Shown here in pieces: positions 27,501 to 42,572 of a DNA stretch of 64,000 nt. This DNA is from Paramecium tetraurelia (lineage: Eukaryota). Positions within the stretch are counted from its first letter, which is position 1, and each line of letters begins with the position of its first letter. The stretch is from NCBI GenBank assembly GCA_000165425.1, contig CT868019.1, positions 62,001-126,000 of the forward strand, read 5' to 3'. A model generated the notes under the pieces. It was given only the letters and a program-made list of their open reading frames with translations. It was not told where the DNA came from and searched no databases. The position numbers were made by a program, and so were the translations under genes.

Positions 27501-30500
27501 TCATTATTCTATACTCTTTAGTAAAGCTTAGATTTTCTCGTTGTTCTAGATTTAATTAATAAAGTTTTTATCATTATTTGTCAATTAATCCTCAGGTTTA
27601 GACATCAAATTTAGGAATCGTTATCTAATAGCCTTTAGTTTATCAGTTTTAGTTAAAGTTTTTTAATGAGAGATGATCTCTTCCACTAAAATTTTCTTTC
27701 TCATTGCCCAATCTCTATCATCTTCAATGTAAAGCATTTCTTTCTACAATTTGAAATGATTTTTAATCTATTATTTATTGAATTGATTTGATTTTCTCAT
27801 AGAAGCTTCATATAAATAATTGCTTATGGATTAATTAAATGGGGGATCAATCGAATGAGGGTCATTGCATTCTGACCAGATCTAATTTAAGTGATTTAAG
27901 ATTTTTAAAGATTTAGGCAATTAATTCTCTGGCAATGAGATTGTATTAGCAAAAGTAACATAAGTTATTTCTATGGTTTTTGACCAAGTAGAAATTATTC
28001 TAATAGGAATCATTGAATTTAATGCGTAACTCTAATAATCATAAAAAGAATTACTAATGATACAGGCTCAAACTTTTCAGAGTGATTTAGTTTTGAATTA
28101 GTACCACATTACATGATTATACGATCATTAGTAATAATACTGGAAGTGGTTCTTCCTGCTGATACCCATAATGCTGTAATATTCAATGGTTTGGGTAAAA
28201 TCTATTGTAATTAATAATAGTTTACTTCATTTTTTAATTCAGAATTACCAAGTTGCCCTCGTTCACCCCATCCCCAAGTATAAATTTTGCTTCTAGTCTT
28301 TGCAATGACATGCTTAAAACCACAGCAAACCTACAACACCTTTTCAATGTTAATCAAACAAGGTTCATGTCTATATCGTCGATCTCCCAATCCTAGTTCT
28401 CCTTCATAGTTTTCTCCCCATGAATACAATTACCCACTCTCACACAATGTAACAATAAATTGATTTCCACATGATAACATTCTAGCTTTCTATTTGATAG
28501 GTATATGAATATTTAGATTAGTTAATGAAAATACCTTATTTTCACTTACTATGTACTTTTTGGATGACATAGTGCATTCCTTATTAACATAATGTGGTTT
28601 GTATTTTATTTATTTATATTAATCACCATATTACAATAAAGAACCATCTGCAGTAGTTACTAAGATGAAATCATCACTACAACTAATAGATTTTATTCGA
28701 ATGAAATCTGGAAAGATGTTCTTTTCAACAGTGTCAAAAGTATCCTTGTTTAAAATCAATTACCCACTGCCAAATTCAAATATGGCAGTTCCACCCAAAG
28801 TGACACATAAAGTACTCTCTTCTGTAGTGAAGTATGATTAAATAGGATGATCCTTTCTAAATTATTGAATAATAATATTAAGCAATGTTCTTGAATAAGA
28901 ATAATTTGGATTGTAACACTAATAGATATCAGAAAGTATATCAATATCAATAGGCACAGAGAACAAAGCAATCTTTGGTAATCTTGGTCTCCATTGAATG
29001 AGACATGTCTCTAATAATGGCTGAATTTCCTCATTTTCATTGTTTTCATTTGTTAATATCCATAAACTGGAAGCATCATGCTTTTACTATTAAACATTTT
29101 TTTCCCAAGGTTGTACAAATGACTCATAATTCTTTTTATCTGACATTTGTTTCTCTAGAAATTTCCTTGCAAATTTCTAAACACACCTTGCTGCTGCTCT
29201 CATTCTTTGAAACATAGTTGAAAGTAATTTCATTCTGAAATATCCTTACAATAAATAAGCAGCATCATGAGCTCTACGAAATTGACTTCTTGCTATAAAT
29301 CTTCTGATTGCTGCTTACACCTTTATAACTGAACCTTCCATTTTAATTTTCCTTCCTGCATTCTTAATTTGATGAACTTACTTCTTATTTGATTTTCTAA
29401 CTTAATTTCCTCTAAAATTCGATTATATCATAACAGCCTTTTTGATTAAGATCATTTACCAAGCATCATCAATAATTTTTTAAAATACATTTTTAATTTC
29501 CCTAATCTTCCTCTCTTATTTTGATTACACTACATACCTACCAAATTTCTGTATCTTACTAATAGCTAATTTCTTTCTTGCAATATCTCTAAGCACATTA
29601 TATCTTTCAAAGTACAATTTCAAGTATATTGCAGACTTTTCATATTTCTATTGCAATCTTCTTTCATGCAATTTTTTATACCATGCTTAAATGACTGATG
29701 CTGCCTTTACTCTTTTTCTAACTAACACCTTAAAACGAATTCTTTATGCTAAAGTACGAAGAGTCATAGCAATTCTCATCATCTTTTTCAGATGTTGATT
29801 CATCTTATAAATTTTATATGATCTTTGCAACTTAGCTGCTCTTTAATGTTTGAGAGTCACAATTTTATTATATGAATCTTCGATCATTTATAATCCTGAA
29901 GTACGAATAAATATCTTTGTCCTTCCAAATAGCACTTATTTTGAATCAATATGAGGCATGTGTTGTTTAAACATATCTAAAACTAGCTGTCTAAAATTAA
30001 GATCTGGTTTCTTTATTAATTTGCTGTAAATTTCGTTTCTTGTCATATCTGCATATTTTTTATAAAAAAATTAGTATGGTCTTCTTATACTATAAGATTC
30101 TTTTCTGACTTTTAAGGAATCTAAAACACCAAGATATCTGATTTATTTAAGAGTCATTTCAGAAAATACTTGATTAGGCTATTTACTTTCATTTGGTTTG
30201 ATGCATCGAATAAAGTGAACATCACATTAGTGCAATTCAGTCATCAATTCAATCATTTCCTTTTTTATCTTCTATGAAATACACTTTTCTTTCATTCCTT
30301 CCATAGTATACAATTACTTTAAGAGTGGATTTTTAGTTTGACTAATTAATTATATAGTTTAGGCACCCATTTCATCTTTGTTTTTTTCTCTAAATCCTGT
30401 CACAGTGTAACAAACATCCTTTGCTGTATGCACCAATATAAAAGCAGGATCACTTGGCATCTTGGGTGTCTTAACTAATGGATTCGCTTTATGAACAGTC

Positions 30501-32119
30501 CTTATTTTTTATAGAAATCCATCATCTGACGATTTTACAGAACATGATTCATCCAAAATACTGAATATTCCTCCTGGTTATTTGTCAATTAATTCAATTA
30601 CATTAGCATTATCTTAAAATTCTAATTATCCCAAATAGTCCTTTAATCCTTCCTCAATGAAAATTTTCTCTTCCTCTTTGAACACATATTGAATATAAAG
30701 TTAATGTAACTTTTCATTCGTATAATTTATCATGATCTATTCAAATCCATTTTTATCAAAAACTTCAAACCCATATATATCGAGTAACCCCACAGAGATC
30801 TTAGACTCCACCTTAGGTTTTAAGACTTTATTTAATTGAATAACTAACCAATTAAATAATCTATCATAAATATCCTTGGCCAAGGAATCTCTTGTAAATT
30901 AACATTCATCTAGTGTCAATGGCGACAATATGGTTTATTTGTTGATTACTCTTGATTTAAGAGTCAAGGCCTAAGATAGTTGCTAAGTCGATAATTCTAG
31001 TAATCGCTCTGCTAAGCTTTCATTAACTGAGGCTGGCTAAGTATCTGTTAGAGTACTATTGTCAAATTCTAGATTCCCTAAATGTAGTACTGCAAGAACT
31101 GCTTAGACTATATTTTCAAAATCAGACTGCATTCCTAAAATGGAAAAGCTTTATTCGATTTCTTTGAACATTTCAGCATCGTCAACATTCGGAATAGTAT
31201 AGGTTTTAGATGAGTTTAGATAATTAAACTCCTCCATTTTCATGGTTACTCCAAACTTATTCAATAATTCTTAGGGTAATCCCTGTAAAAAGAAATAAAA
31301 GATATGAAAATTTCTTTCATTTTTACCCTATTGATTAATTCTTGACTTCTCCATCAAGTAATTAATAATTTCAGCCCCCTTAATTTATCTAGTCTTGCCA
31401 TCAACAATAATTCTGACGTACTTTCCAAACCTTGAAGAATTATTGTTCCTCACAGTTTTGGCATTACCAAAAGCTTCTAATATGGGATTGCATCCTAAAA
31501 TTTGATCCTCTATTTTATCTTTCGAAGAACCATCTGAAGCAATTGATGTTAGTAAATTCATAGAAAATTTGGCATTCTCAGTTTTTCCAGCTCCACTCTC
31601 TCCTGATATAACTATTGCCTAATTCTTTTCATTCTCAAATAATTGTCTGTATGCTTATGCTGCTATAGCATAGACATGTGGAGGTAAATCCTTGATTGGT
31701 CGATTCTTTTTAACGATATCATCGATGTATTAATTTCTTATATCTGCACTCATCAAACCATGAATCTATTTAAATGGGTTTATGACTAGTAACGTAGGTC
31801 CTACATATGTAAATATGATATCCTTCCCAAATCTATAGATTAGATTATTGAGTAATTCTGCATCATTGAGGATTTCCATATTTACCATATCATCAAAGCC
31901 CTTGTTTCCCAAAATGGTTGGATCTGCCCTTTCTAACACTTGCGTTGGTTTGCATTGAATCTAACCACCCGATTCCAACTTGATGGTGATTAATTTTCCA
32001 TCCGTACTTATTACGACAGCAGGTGAAAACATAGGGTCCTTGTTGTCAAGATCTTGCCAACATAATGCATTTGGGATTACCCAAGACAAATCTACTTATG
32101 GTTATGATTTTTTTGCCAT
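27501..32119 (-). CDS. Unconventional myosin: motor domain, IQ motifs, RCC1-like repeat tail
   Basis: [29 protein letters not shown]-loop, [39 protein letters not shown]-like IQAW..M..R; tail [36 protein letters not shown]. Confidence 0.95.
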
Positions 32120-32136
32120 ATATTTAATTATATTTA

Positions 32137-33562
<1,426 letters not shown>

Positions 33563-34596
33563 TTACTTTATAATATTAATTTTTTATTTTTTGATACAAA
33601 CTTTTTAAATCATGCATTAATATAATAAATTTTACTATAATTGGCATAAATATAAGCATTCTCCATAATTGAATGCTAATCCTTCCTCTTAATCAATCAT
33701 TAGGTGTTTAAATAAAATTAATAAAGAAAATTTTCATCATATTAGTAATAAAATTAACTAACCCTTTTATATTAGAATGATAGACTGAGTTTGATTGATT
33801 ATATTAACAAATTATTCATTTAACAACTAATACATTATAGAATTTAATAATAAATTTGTTGCTCACAATCACTCCCCTCATTTCTAATAATATTCTCATC
33901 TGTATAATGATCTTATTGACATTATGTTTTTATTTATTAACCTTTTTGTAAGGTAATTATCACCTAATTTGAGTTCGAAGGTATTTATTTTATCAAAAAT
34001 TATTTTGATTTCAAAGAATTCATTTCAAGTTGTTTCTTTGAATTATTTCAACCACTTATAATTAGTTGATAAAACCAAAGTTCATACTACTTGTTCTTTG
34101 GATTTTTATTTTCAAATTTTTACATTAAAAACTTCAATTTATACCTATTTTAAATATCGAAATATGTAGTTAGCTTTATATATATTCTCAAATTCCATTT
34201 TTTACTTTATAACATTACTATTATATACTCAAAGAAACTACCCTCTCAAAGTGAGTTTGATGGTTTATACTTTTCTTATATAATTTTTTTCAATTAGACT
34301 TTTATACAAGTTTCTTAAATATCTTTCAATTGAAACTAAGTCTATCTATTAATTATTCAATATTTATATGTAACTAAATCAACCCAAACTCTTTGAATGC
34401 AAAATTTAAATGTACAATTATCAATAGGGTAGAATCTAATTCCATCCTACTAACATATTATAACTATCCTAAAGTACTGGTTTCTATATGATATTAATAG
34501 CAATTATGATGAATTATTTAATACTGAAAATAAATTATTTCTTTTATTTTAATATACTGCATAATACAAATTTAATACAATTCACAAGCATTTTAT

Positions 34597-36121
34597 TCAT
34601 ATAAATTGAATGGATCTTTCTACAACAGAGAATATCTTCTATCCATATTCAGAAGTATTGATTTATTGTAGTATTTCAGGATGTCTCTTCATTATTCCAA
34701 GAACTGGAATTATATATTACTAATCTAACTATAAGAACTTCTTAAAAACATAGTTTCCAAAAGGATGTGTTGCAAAAGCTACAAATAAATAACTACAATA
34801 TTATAAGATATTTACTTGTTGTCCTAATCTGAAGCCATCATAATATTCGTAATAAATTTTATATCTTCTTATTCAATTACATCAAGAAAGACTTCTACTA
34901 CATTGCTTCCATATTTATTGTAAGATAATGTTTAGAAGTTGCTCTTAATAATTCTTAACAGTTCCATTTTTTGCTATTTAAAATTACTTTTCAATATAAA
35001 CTAAATTATGTAGTTACCAAATTCACAAATACAAAGTTACTATGATACTTCCATAATTTAGTCTAACAATGATTAACTATATTATTTTTGAAGCATAAAT
35101 TAAATTATCCTACATCCATATGTGTGTTATGACATAGAATATACAGATTGTTCTATATGTTTCTTCATATATTCGCAAAGTTTGTAATCAAAATTCTCCA
35201 AACAACTTAATAATACATAGCAACCATTGTTATCATTAATTAATTATCTGACTTATTATTTTATTTCATCCATAAATTCGATTTAAAAATGATGATCCTC
35301 ATCTTTTAAAAATTCTATCATTCTGTTTATCACTCTAGAAGCATACTGATTTTTAGATAATTCAACACAATAACCTTGGAATTGATGGAATAAACTGAAT
35401 TTCCATTATTTTTCACCTAAGTCGATTATTATCTTAAAATACCTGACAAAAATATTTTTTAAACCAAATAATTTCCAAATAAATCTTTTGATGTCTTAAT
35501 TAGGTTTTTTTCAATTGTCTCAAAGATCATAGTCCTTTGTAAAGGGGTTCCATTGTCAAAGATCTTTTGTAGATTTCTTGATGCATTCTAATTCCCACAT
35601 ATTTATTCCTAAAATAAACAAAAATCGAATACTAAACAATTTCTAAATTGATAATCGTCCTGTCTCAATTATAACTGAATTTGATTATCTTCTTATAGAG
35701 AGGGATGGCTATTAAATGTCAAATAGAAAGTTTAGGGTGGAGTAATAGGTTACATTGTTTAGTGTTTTTTAGGTGAGAATTAAAGTTACTTCAAATCATG
35801 ATAAATTTTAATGGAAGGCTTCTTCTCTTTTTATCTTTCGTTAATTCTAATTTGTAAAAAAAGTGTATATACATATAAGGTTGTGAGTTTGTGGAATTGT
35901 AAGTAAGAGTGTCATACCCATGATTTTCTCCAAGAATTTCAATTTATTCTTTGGAGTTAATCAATATAGGTTAGAACTCTTTGGCGTTCAGTGATAATTT
36001 ACTCTTTTTTCGAGTCTATTTCCTTTCATACATTTACACTTCACTTTCATCTAAGACATTATCATAATATTCACGTACCACTAAGTATTGAACCAATTAA
36101 TTGTTTTTCTTCGGGATCCAT
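34597..36121 (-). CDS. Pumilio/PUF-family RNA-binding protein
   Basis: Repeats NQNASRNLQ, DLFGN, NQYASRVIN, HTYGCRIIQ, CEFGNYIIQ, NKYGSNVVE, HPFGNYVFK; PAM2-like SKLSLNAKEF near the N-terminus. Confidence 0.88.
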
Positions 36122-37426
36122 ATTGAGATGTTGTTTTTAAAAATAGAAAATAAGAATATTTGTTCCCTTTTATAATAATTATTTTAATATACAATTAGAC
36201 ATCAAGCCCTCTTATTTCTAGAATTCTGGTATTCAATTTAATTCCTATACTGAAATAAGCCTAACCAATCAAAAGAAACCCTCTACAAACCTAACAATTT
36301 TACCTTTAAATTCTTCTACTTTATAAATACAATTAACTTTATAATTTCTCATATTCCAATCTTAATCTTTTCTTTTTCTATTAAATTAATGTGTGAAATC
36401 AGTCTTAAATACCCTCTTTTTCTCTTTAGATCTAAAACAAAAATAATAGAATTTCATTTTCTAATCAAACCAATTCATTTTCTAGTTATACAAATACATA
36501 TTTGGTGCTGTTTAGTAATATCTCATCTTGATTAATAATAGAGATTTTGGGCAATTAGAATTAAATCATAGATTGAAAAATAGGGTGTCCTTGACGAGAA
36601 ATAAAAATTATATAAATCTACGGGAGTTCCAAAAAATTCATTTACATTAAGATGTTAATATATTTGTAATGGTTTAAGGTGCTGGATACTGTATATCTTT
36701 AATACCTATCTCTTTTACTCTTCATTTTCTTCCATAAATTCAAGTTTTGCTAAACAAGAGTTAGCAATCTTGTAGCTCAATTCTTTTAAAAATTAGTATA
36801 AATGGTTATATGTGGTTACGTTCTTTGGTTTAATATCCATTTAGAGTATAATATTGTTATTTGAAATCTTACACCTTCTAAATATCATTTAAAAATGCTG
36901 TCTTTTCTCATTCTTATATTACAAAAAATACTTTAGATTACAATGACAATATTCCATACCAAAAAAACTATTGTTATAATAATACTGAACAATAAATTTT
37001 GTATCACTTATACTAGGAAAGAAGCTAATATGAAAATAGCAAGCATATTATATGTCATCCTTGATTTCTAAATGCTGTTAAAATTAGGCCATAATCATAC
37101 ATGATTATATGAATGGATTGATCAAGAATAATTGTGCATTTAAATGCATTAGCAAAACTTTCTTATTCGATTTCAATATGACTTAATAACTAGTACAATT
37201 TTGAATTTGATTCAGTTGTTTTAAGATTATTAGGAGTAAAGTGAGTTTCTAATAATGGAAGATCTTCAAAAATGATATTAAATGCCAATATTTTAGAATA
37301 AATGCTTAGGAGTGTATATATGGATGCAGACATTCTAATAATTTTAGGTGATTCGATATTGCAGTGATGAAAATAGGATTTGGCTTTTAATTGAATTGAA
37401 TTCGAAGAATAAATATATTAACATAA

Positions 37427-38111
37427 TCACACTAATCTTCTATCATTGAGCAATTTCTTTATGTAATATACTTACCATGCTGTCACTCCACAAATAGCCA
37501 CTGTTTCTATGAATGTCAGAATCATCAGTTGTTTATTTATCTTTTGTACATCAGCCAAGGCACCTTTAGATTTCAACTCATTCAATTTGGTGCTATAGAA
37601 AACGTCTCTGATTTTTTGCAAGAGTCCTTGAACTCCATTTTCAATGGGATCAATGTCATTCTACTCTATTTCTTCTAAAAAAAACGATATCAATGCAAGA
37701 TGTACCTTTGTCAGATTTAGCGACATCAATAGCGAATTGTACAACTTTTGATTCTTTTGCTCTTTTGTTTTGAAATATCAATTGATAATCTCCTTTTTCA
37801 GTGGCATTGAAACTGAAGACTGCTTCTTTTTTCATCATTTTGGCATAGATCATAGAGCCGGAAGGATCAATGACTTTAAAGTCAATGGTGTCCAGGGTGT
37901 AGATAGGAATAAAGAAAGTGCCTCTGATGTTTGTGGGAGTTTTCTTGATTGTTTCAATGAATATTTCTTCGCCTCCCTTTTCGATTTAGAATGAGATCAT
38001 ATCATCAGGTAGGAAGCCTCGCATATATTTATCCCAATCTTGCATGATGTCTTTGGTTTCCTCAATGTTGCACCAAGAGAGTGTGAAGAGACCTAATAAT
38101 ATTGGAAACAT
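37427..38111 (-). CDS. emp24/gp25L/p24 family (GOLD domain) cargo receptor, 1 intron
   Basis: Signal peptide MFPILLGLFTLSWC, IDFKVIDPSG...FSFNATEKGDYQLIFQN, TM helix followed by WQVYYIKKLLNDRRLV. Confidence 0.9.
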
Positions 38112-38122
38112 AAATATATGAA

Positions 38123-39356
38123 TCAATTAAATTGGAATGTACTCTAACCACGTATATGAATTTTTTTCATCTTTTTCTTGCACTCAGTCAGGTCAATAAC
38201 CTTGTCTTTTTCTTCCATGCTTTCCTCACTATTCAATCTCTCTTGGTCATTCTTATGTTTGCCTGAGGAGGATCGTAAATGAAGTAACTAAAGTAAACAT
38301 TAAATCTAACTTGAGGATTTTTTTGGGGTATTCCCATGCAAGGATTTTACTTATTGGGAACCTTAAGAGATTTTTTGAATGCCATTTAATTGAGAACTTT
38401 TAATCTGGAAACAAAATTGAGGAACTCCTATAATTCATTATTTTCAATCTGACATTAAACTGGAATTTAGACTAAAATTAAAAATTGGATTACGTTTCAG
38501 TCTTTTGGTGGTGTCCTTAAACTTCAACAGTTAGTCATAGTGTCTTTTAGATTCTGAATAGATTTCATATAAACTGAGAGCATCAGAGTTGGGCAGGGTG
38601 ATATATTTGTCTATTATCTTTTCGACTTCAAAGCAAATAAAACTCTAAAATCTCCACACGTCAAAGTAGATGTACTTCTGGATTTCAGAGATGTTCATTT
38701 CGGATTTCAAAAGAATTGCAGCACTATTAATGAGATTCTGCATTTTGTAATGCCATAAGAACATCAATTTAGGCTCTACTTGATCCTTGTCGCTTAGGTA
38801 AGGATACGAGTTACGACAGGCTGCTCTATAAAGATCGATATTAGCAGCCAGACGTTGAAGATAACTAAAATAGGCGTAAGTAAATTGTGTAATGCTTAGA
38901 TCCTCGCTAACGTTCATCTCTGTGTAAAATTGTTCGTGCTTCATACGAGTCATTAAGTCAGGTTCTGTCACCAGATTATCTGAATCTTGTTGTTCTATTT
39001 GTTTTATCCGACAATCCTTCAGTTTTATTGATATCTCTTGAGTGATGTCTGTGCAATGAAACATCTGGTGGATGACTGCCAGTAATTGAATCAAAGCTGT
39101 GCTTCCTGGACTTGGCTTGTACTCTTGCATATAACTAAAGAGGCTGTCAATATAACCTAATTGTATTGAACAATTTATTACTATCATTTGTTGTCAGGTA
39201 TTAGGCCATCGTTTTTGTCATCTATTTTAAATCAAACTAAACATAAGGACCCATAATCGAGTTTAGAATCTCTTAAAACTTGTTCAATTCCGTTTAATGG
39301 ATATTAACGGCTGATTTTGAATGAAATAGAGATGTGAATTTGCTGAACAGAGACAT
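38123..39356 (-). CDS. ANTH/AP180-N-terminal-like helical protein
   Basis: LIQLLAVIHQM, YAYFSYLQRL, IIDKYITLPNSDALSLYEIY resemble ANTH helices; ends HIRGQSTFQFN-TGA. Confidence 0.55.
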
Positions 39357-39453
39357 TAATATATATAAATTAAAATAATTAAGGTATCCCATTTATTTTG
39401 GTTCTTTTAAATAATGTATATATTATTACTAAACCATCATATTTATTAATATA

Positions 39454-40903
39454 ATGAATTTCTTATTCATTTCTTCTTTGCTCGTGGCCAATCTTGTGGC
39501 TCAATCGAATTTGAGACCTACCCAGAAGAAATTCGAATCAGAAGTAATAGAGAAAACCATATCCAGAGTAAGTATATAGAACCCATTATTAGATCTCCGA
39601 CAAAATGAAGGATAACAAACTTAAATATACATTTATAAATTCATTTCCGAACACTCTTGATACCACTGTTACAAACTATGATCCCACCACTCCCGATGCC
39701 TTCGTTATCACCGGAGATATAACTGCTATGTGGTTAAGAGATAGCACTAATCAGCTATGGACCTATATGGAGTTTGTCAATCAAGATAGCAAATTATAAA
39801 ATTTGGTCAAAGGAGCAATAACCCGTCAAATCAATTAAGTCCTAATTGACCCATACGCTAATGCCTTCAATTATCAAAAGAAATAATCCGAGTGGAGTTC
39901 TGACAATACAACCAGATGCTTTTTAGGAGTCAATGCACATGCAATGTCTGAACATCTTCACGAGAGGAAGTTCGAAATAGATTCATTAGTGGCAGTTTTA
40001 AGATTATCCGTTGGTTATTACAAAGAAACTAAAGATACTTCAATCATTAATTTCAAATACTTAAAGGCTGTTCAAAGAATCCTGAGAACATTTAGAGATC
40101 AACAGGCAGATCAAACAGAACAATTTCAAACTAACAGATTTCCATACACTTTTTAAAGAAATGGAAGATCCACTGATACAGTCATTAACGGAATAGGTGA
40201 ACCCCTAAAAAGAACTGGATTATTAAGAACATTTTTTAGAGCCTCTGATGATTCTACTATCTATTAATTCAACATCCCAGAAAATGCTATGGCTTCAGCA
40301 ATCTTAAAATAAATAGCTGAGATGTTAAGCGAAGCCAAACTCAGTTGGTCTCTAAGATAAGCAGCTCAACCTTTAATTTAAGAGGCCCTGGCACTATCAT
40401 CAGAGATCAAAGATGCTATTTATAAATATGGAATTAAAGATGGTGCCTTTGTTTATGAAGTAGATGGTATGGGTAAGCAAGTATTTATGGATGATTCGAA
40501 TCAACCAAGTTTGCTTTCTCTTCCAATTTATGGGTTTATTGAGATTGATGATCCCTTATATCAAGCCACGAGAAAGAAAGCCCTCAGTTCGGCTAATCCC
40601 TATTATTTTGTGGGAACAGCAGCAAAGGGCATAGGTGGTCCTCATATTGGGGCTAATTATATATGGCCAATGGCTATTGTCACTCAAGGATTGACTACTA
40701 ATGACAAATCAGAAATCAGAGAATGCTTGAGGATGTTAGTGACAACCACTGGAGGCAAATGGTTTATGCACGAAAGCTTTTTCAAGGATAATCCTTCTAG
40801 TTTCACAAGATCTTGGTTTGCATGGGCAAATGGATTGTTTGGAGAATTAGTGTTGAAGATAGATAAGGAATACCCAGAATTATTAGAAGAGAATTATGCT
40901 TGA
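39454..40903 (+). CDS. Glycoside hydrolase family 125 (exo-alpha-1,6-mannosidase-like) with signal peptide, 1 intron
   Basis: FPNTLDTT, FVITGDITAMWLRDS, DPYANAF, ERKFEIDSL, FRASDD, YEVDG, MDDSNQPSLLSLP, GIGGPH, WPM, MHESF, FTRSWFAWANGLFGEL. Confidence 0.95.
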
Positions 40904-40950
40904 TAATATAATAATATTTCAGTGCTATTTAAGTAAATATGCTCTTAATC

Positions 40951-42542
40951 TCATAAACACTTTGACATCCATCTTCTCTGGCTTGGTTGTCAAGTTGTCA
41001 ATCATTTCTAAATGGGCCTTTAATATTCTGGCTTTGGACTGTTAATAATTAAAAAGTTGCTCTCCCCAATTTGAGTCTTTAGGAATGATTGGAACTGAAA
41101 TCTTTTTGTATAAAGAATTAATAATTCTTCTATATAGAACTAAGATCGTTTCTTCGTTAATTAATTCATCTCCATCTAATAATTTAACGTAGGTCCTAAG
41201 GAATTTAACTAAATCTAAATTGAATTGGCTTTTCTTTATTTTAAATTCAGAGGTTAATTAATTGAGACTGATTCCTCTTGTGTTTAAATTTAGAAGTTCT
41301 TTATATGGTACGTAATGCAATTAAACTAATTTTTCAACGGTTTGTCAGGAAATCGTACTTCGTATTGCAATCCATAAAGATTCTGAATTTCACTCTGTCA
41401 TACTTATTCTTGCTCATTGCAAATCCATAGTACATCAATAGATGCTCATTGCCCAAACATCCATACAAATTTAAGACTTACTCTCCTTTTTCAATATCAT
41501 CCACTGCTCTTGCTGTAAGATAAGCTGGACATTTGAGTGTTGATTACTGTATATCTGTGTACCAATCATGTTCACTTTCATCCAAAGATTATTCATAATA
41601 ATCTCTTAGATAATCATCATTTACTGCAGCTTAGACTTTCGATTCTTTGGTATTTAATTACTGTGATTGACTGTTGCTTTGTTCAGTAGTAGGTTCATCC
41701 TCATCCTCTGAATCCTCTGCTATCATCAATTTTGTAACCCAAATATCTGGTGCTCCTGTTCTAAGTAATTCCTAAAACAATTTTACTAATAATTTATTCA
41801 ATATTTTGGAGCATCTCTCACTCTCATTTACTTTTACACTCTCTATTACTTCTTAATCTTCCTAACTAAACCAATACTTATTTTGGGAAATGTATTTGAA
41901 TTTCATATAATTATTCTAATGGTATTCTTCAGGCTTATAGTTTTCTTGTTCCAAACCAAAGATTGCTTTATTCTTTCCATGATTTATCATATCTATCATT
42001 GGCACCAAAAATGAAAAAGGGTATTCGTTATTAACACTTAGTCTCCTATTCATGCAATATCGATATGCCCAATCATAATCATCAGCATTTAATCCTATTT
42101 CCATTACCTCTGCCTTTGCTGCCTAATACTCCTCCTCAAATTCTTGTTTCAATTCTCTTAAATAATCAAATGGAATTGGTTGATCACAGTCGAGTAAACA
42201 AATGGGATTTGCTGAAACATCAAATATTGGTTTTAGTTTTCCATGTCTTTATGTTGTCAGATAAAGGATTAAGGTTTGGAAATCACTTTTTTTGTTACCA
42301 ATTTATTGCAATGATGGATAGATATGAGGATTCCTCTTCATAATATCTACACATTATTCATTTTAGAATACTGTGAATGCGCTGATTGCAAAAGTATGGG
42401 AAACCTTTATGAGGAATTCTCCTGATTCAATATTTTCAACAGCTTTGATTCCAAACATACCACCGTAATCTTCCATTTCCACTTTATTCATCTGAATTCC
42501 CTCTCTTAGATAATCAATGTAATTATTCTTCAATTATTGCAT
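40951..42542 (-). CDS. SET-domain protein lysine methyltransferase (Rubisco-LSMT/SETD3-like)
   Basis: MFGIKAVENIESGEFLIKV, LVPMIDMINH, ARAVDDIEKGEQVLNLYG..GNEHLLMYYGF. Confidence 0.85.
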
Positions 42543-42572
42543 TAGAATGATAAATAAATAAATAAAATATTT

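Noticed and set aside
33800..34500. Possible minus-strand gene remnant
   Set aside because: Stops in the candidate frames and no motif
36150..37400. Open stretch MDIKPKNV... on the minus strand
   Set aside because: No homology cue or complete structure
38111..38170. Possible in-frame fusion of the ANTH-like gene with p24
   Set aside because: The frame continuous with p24 is not the upstream gene's frame, which ends at TGA 38125-38123
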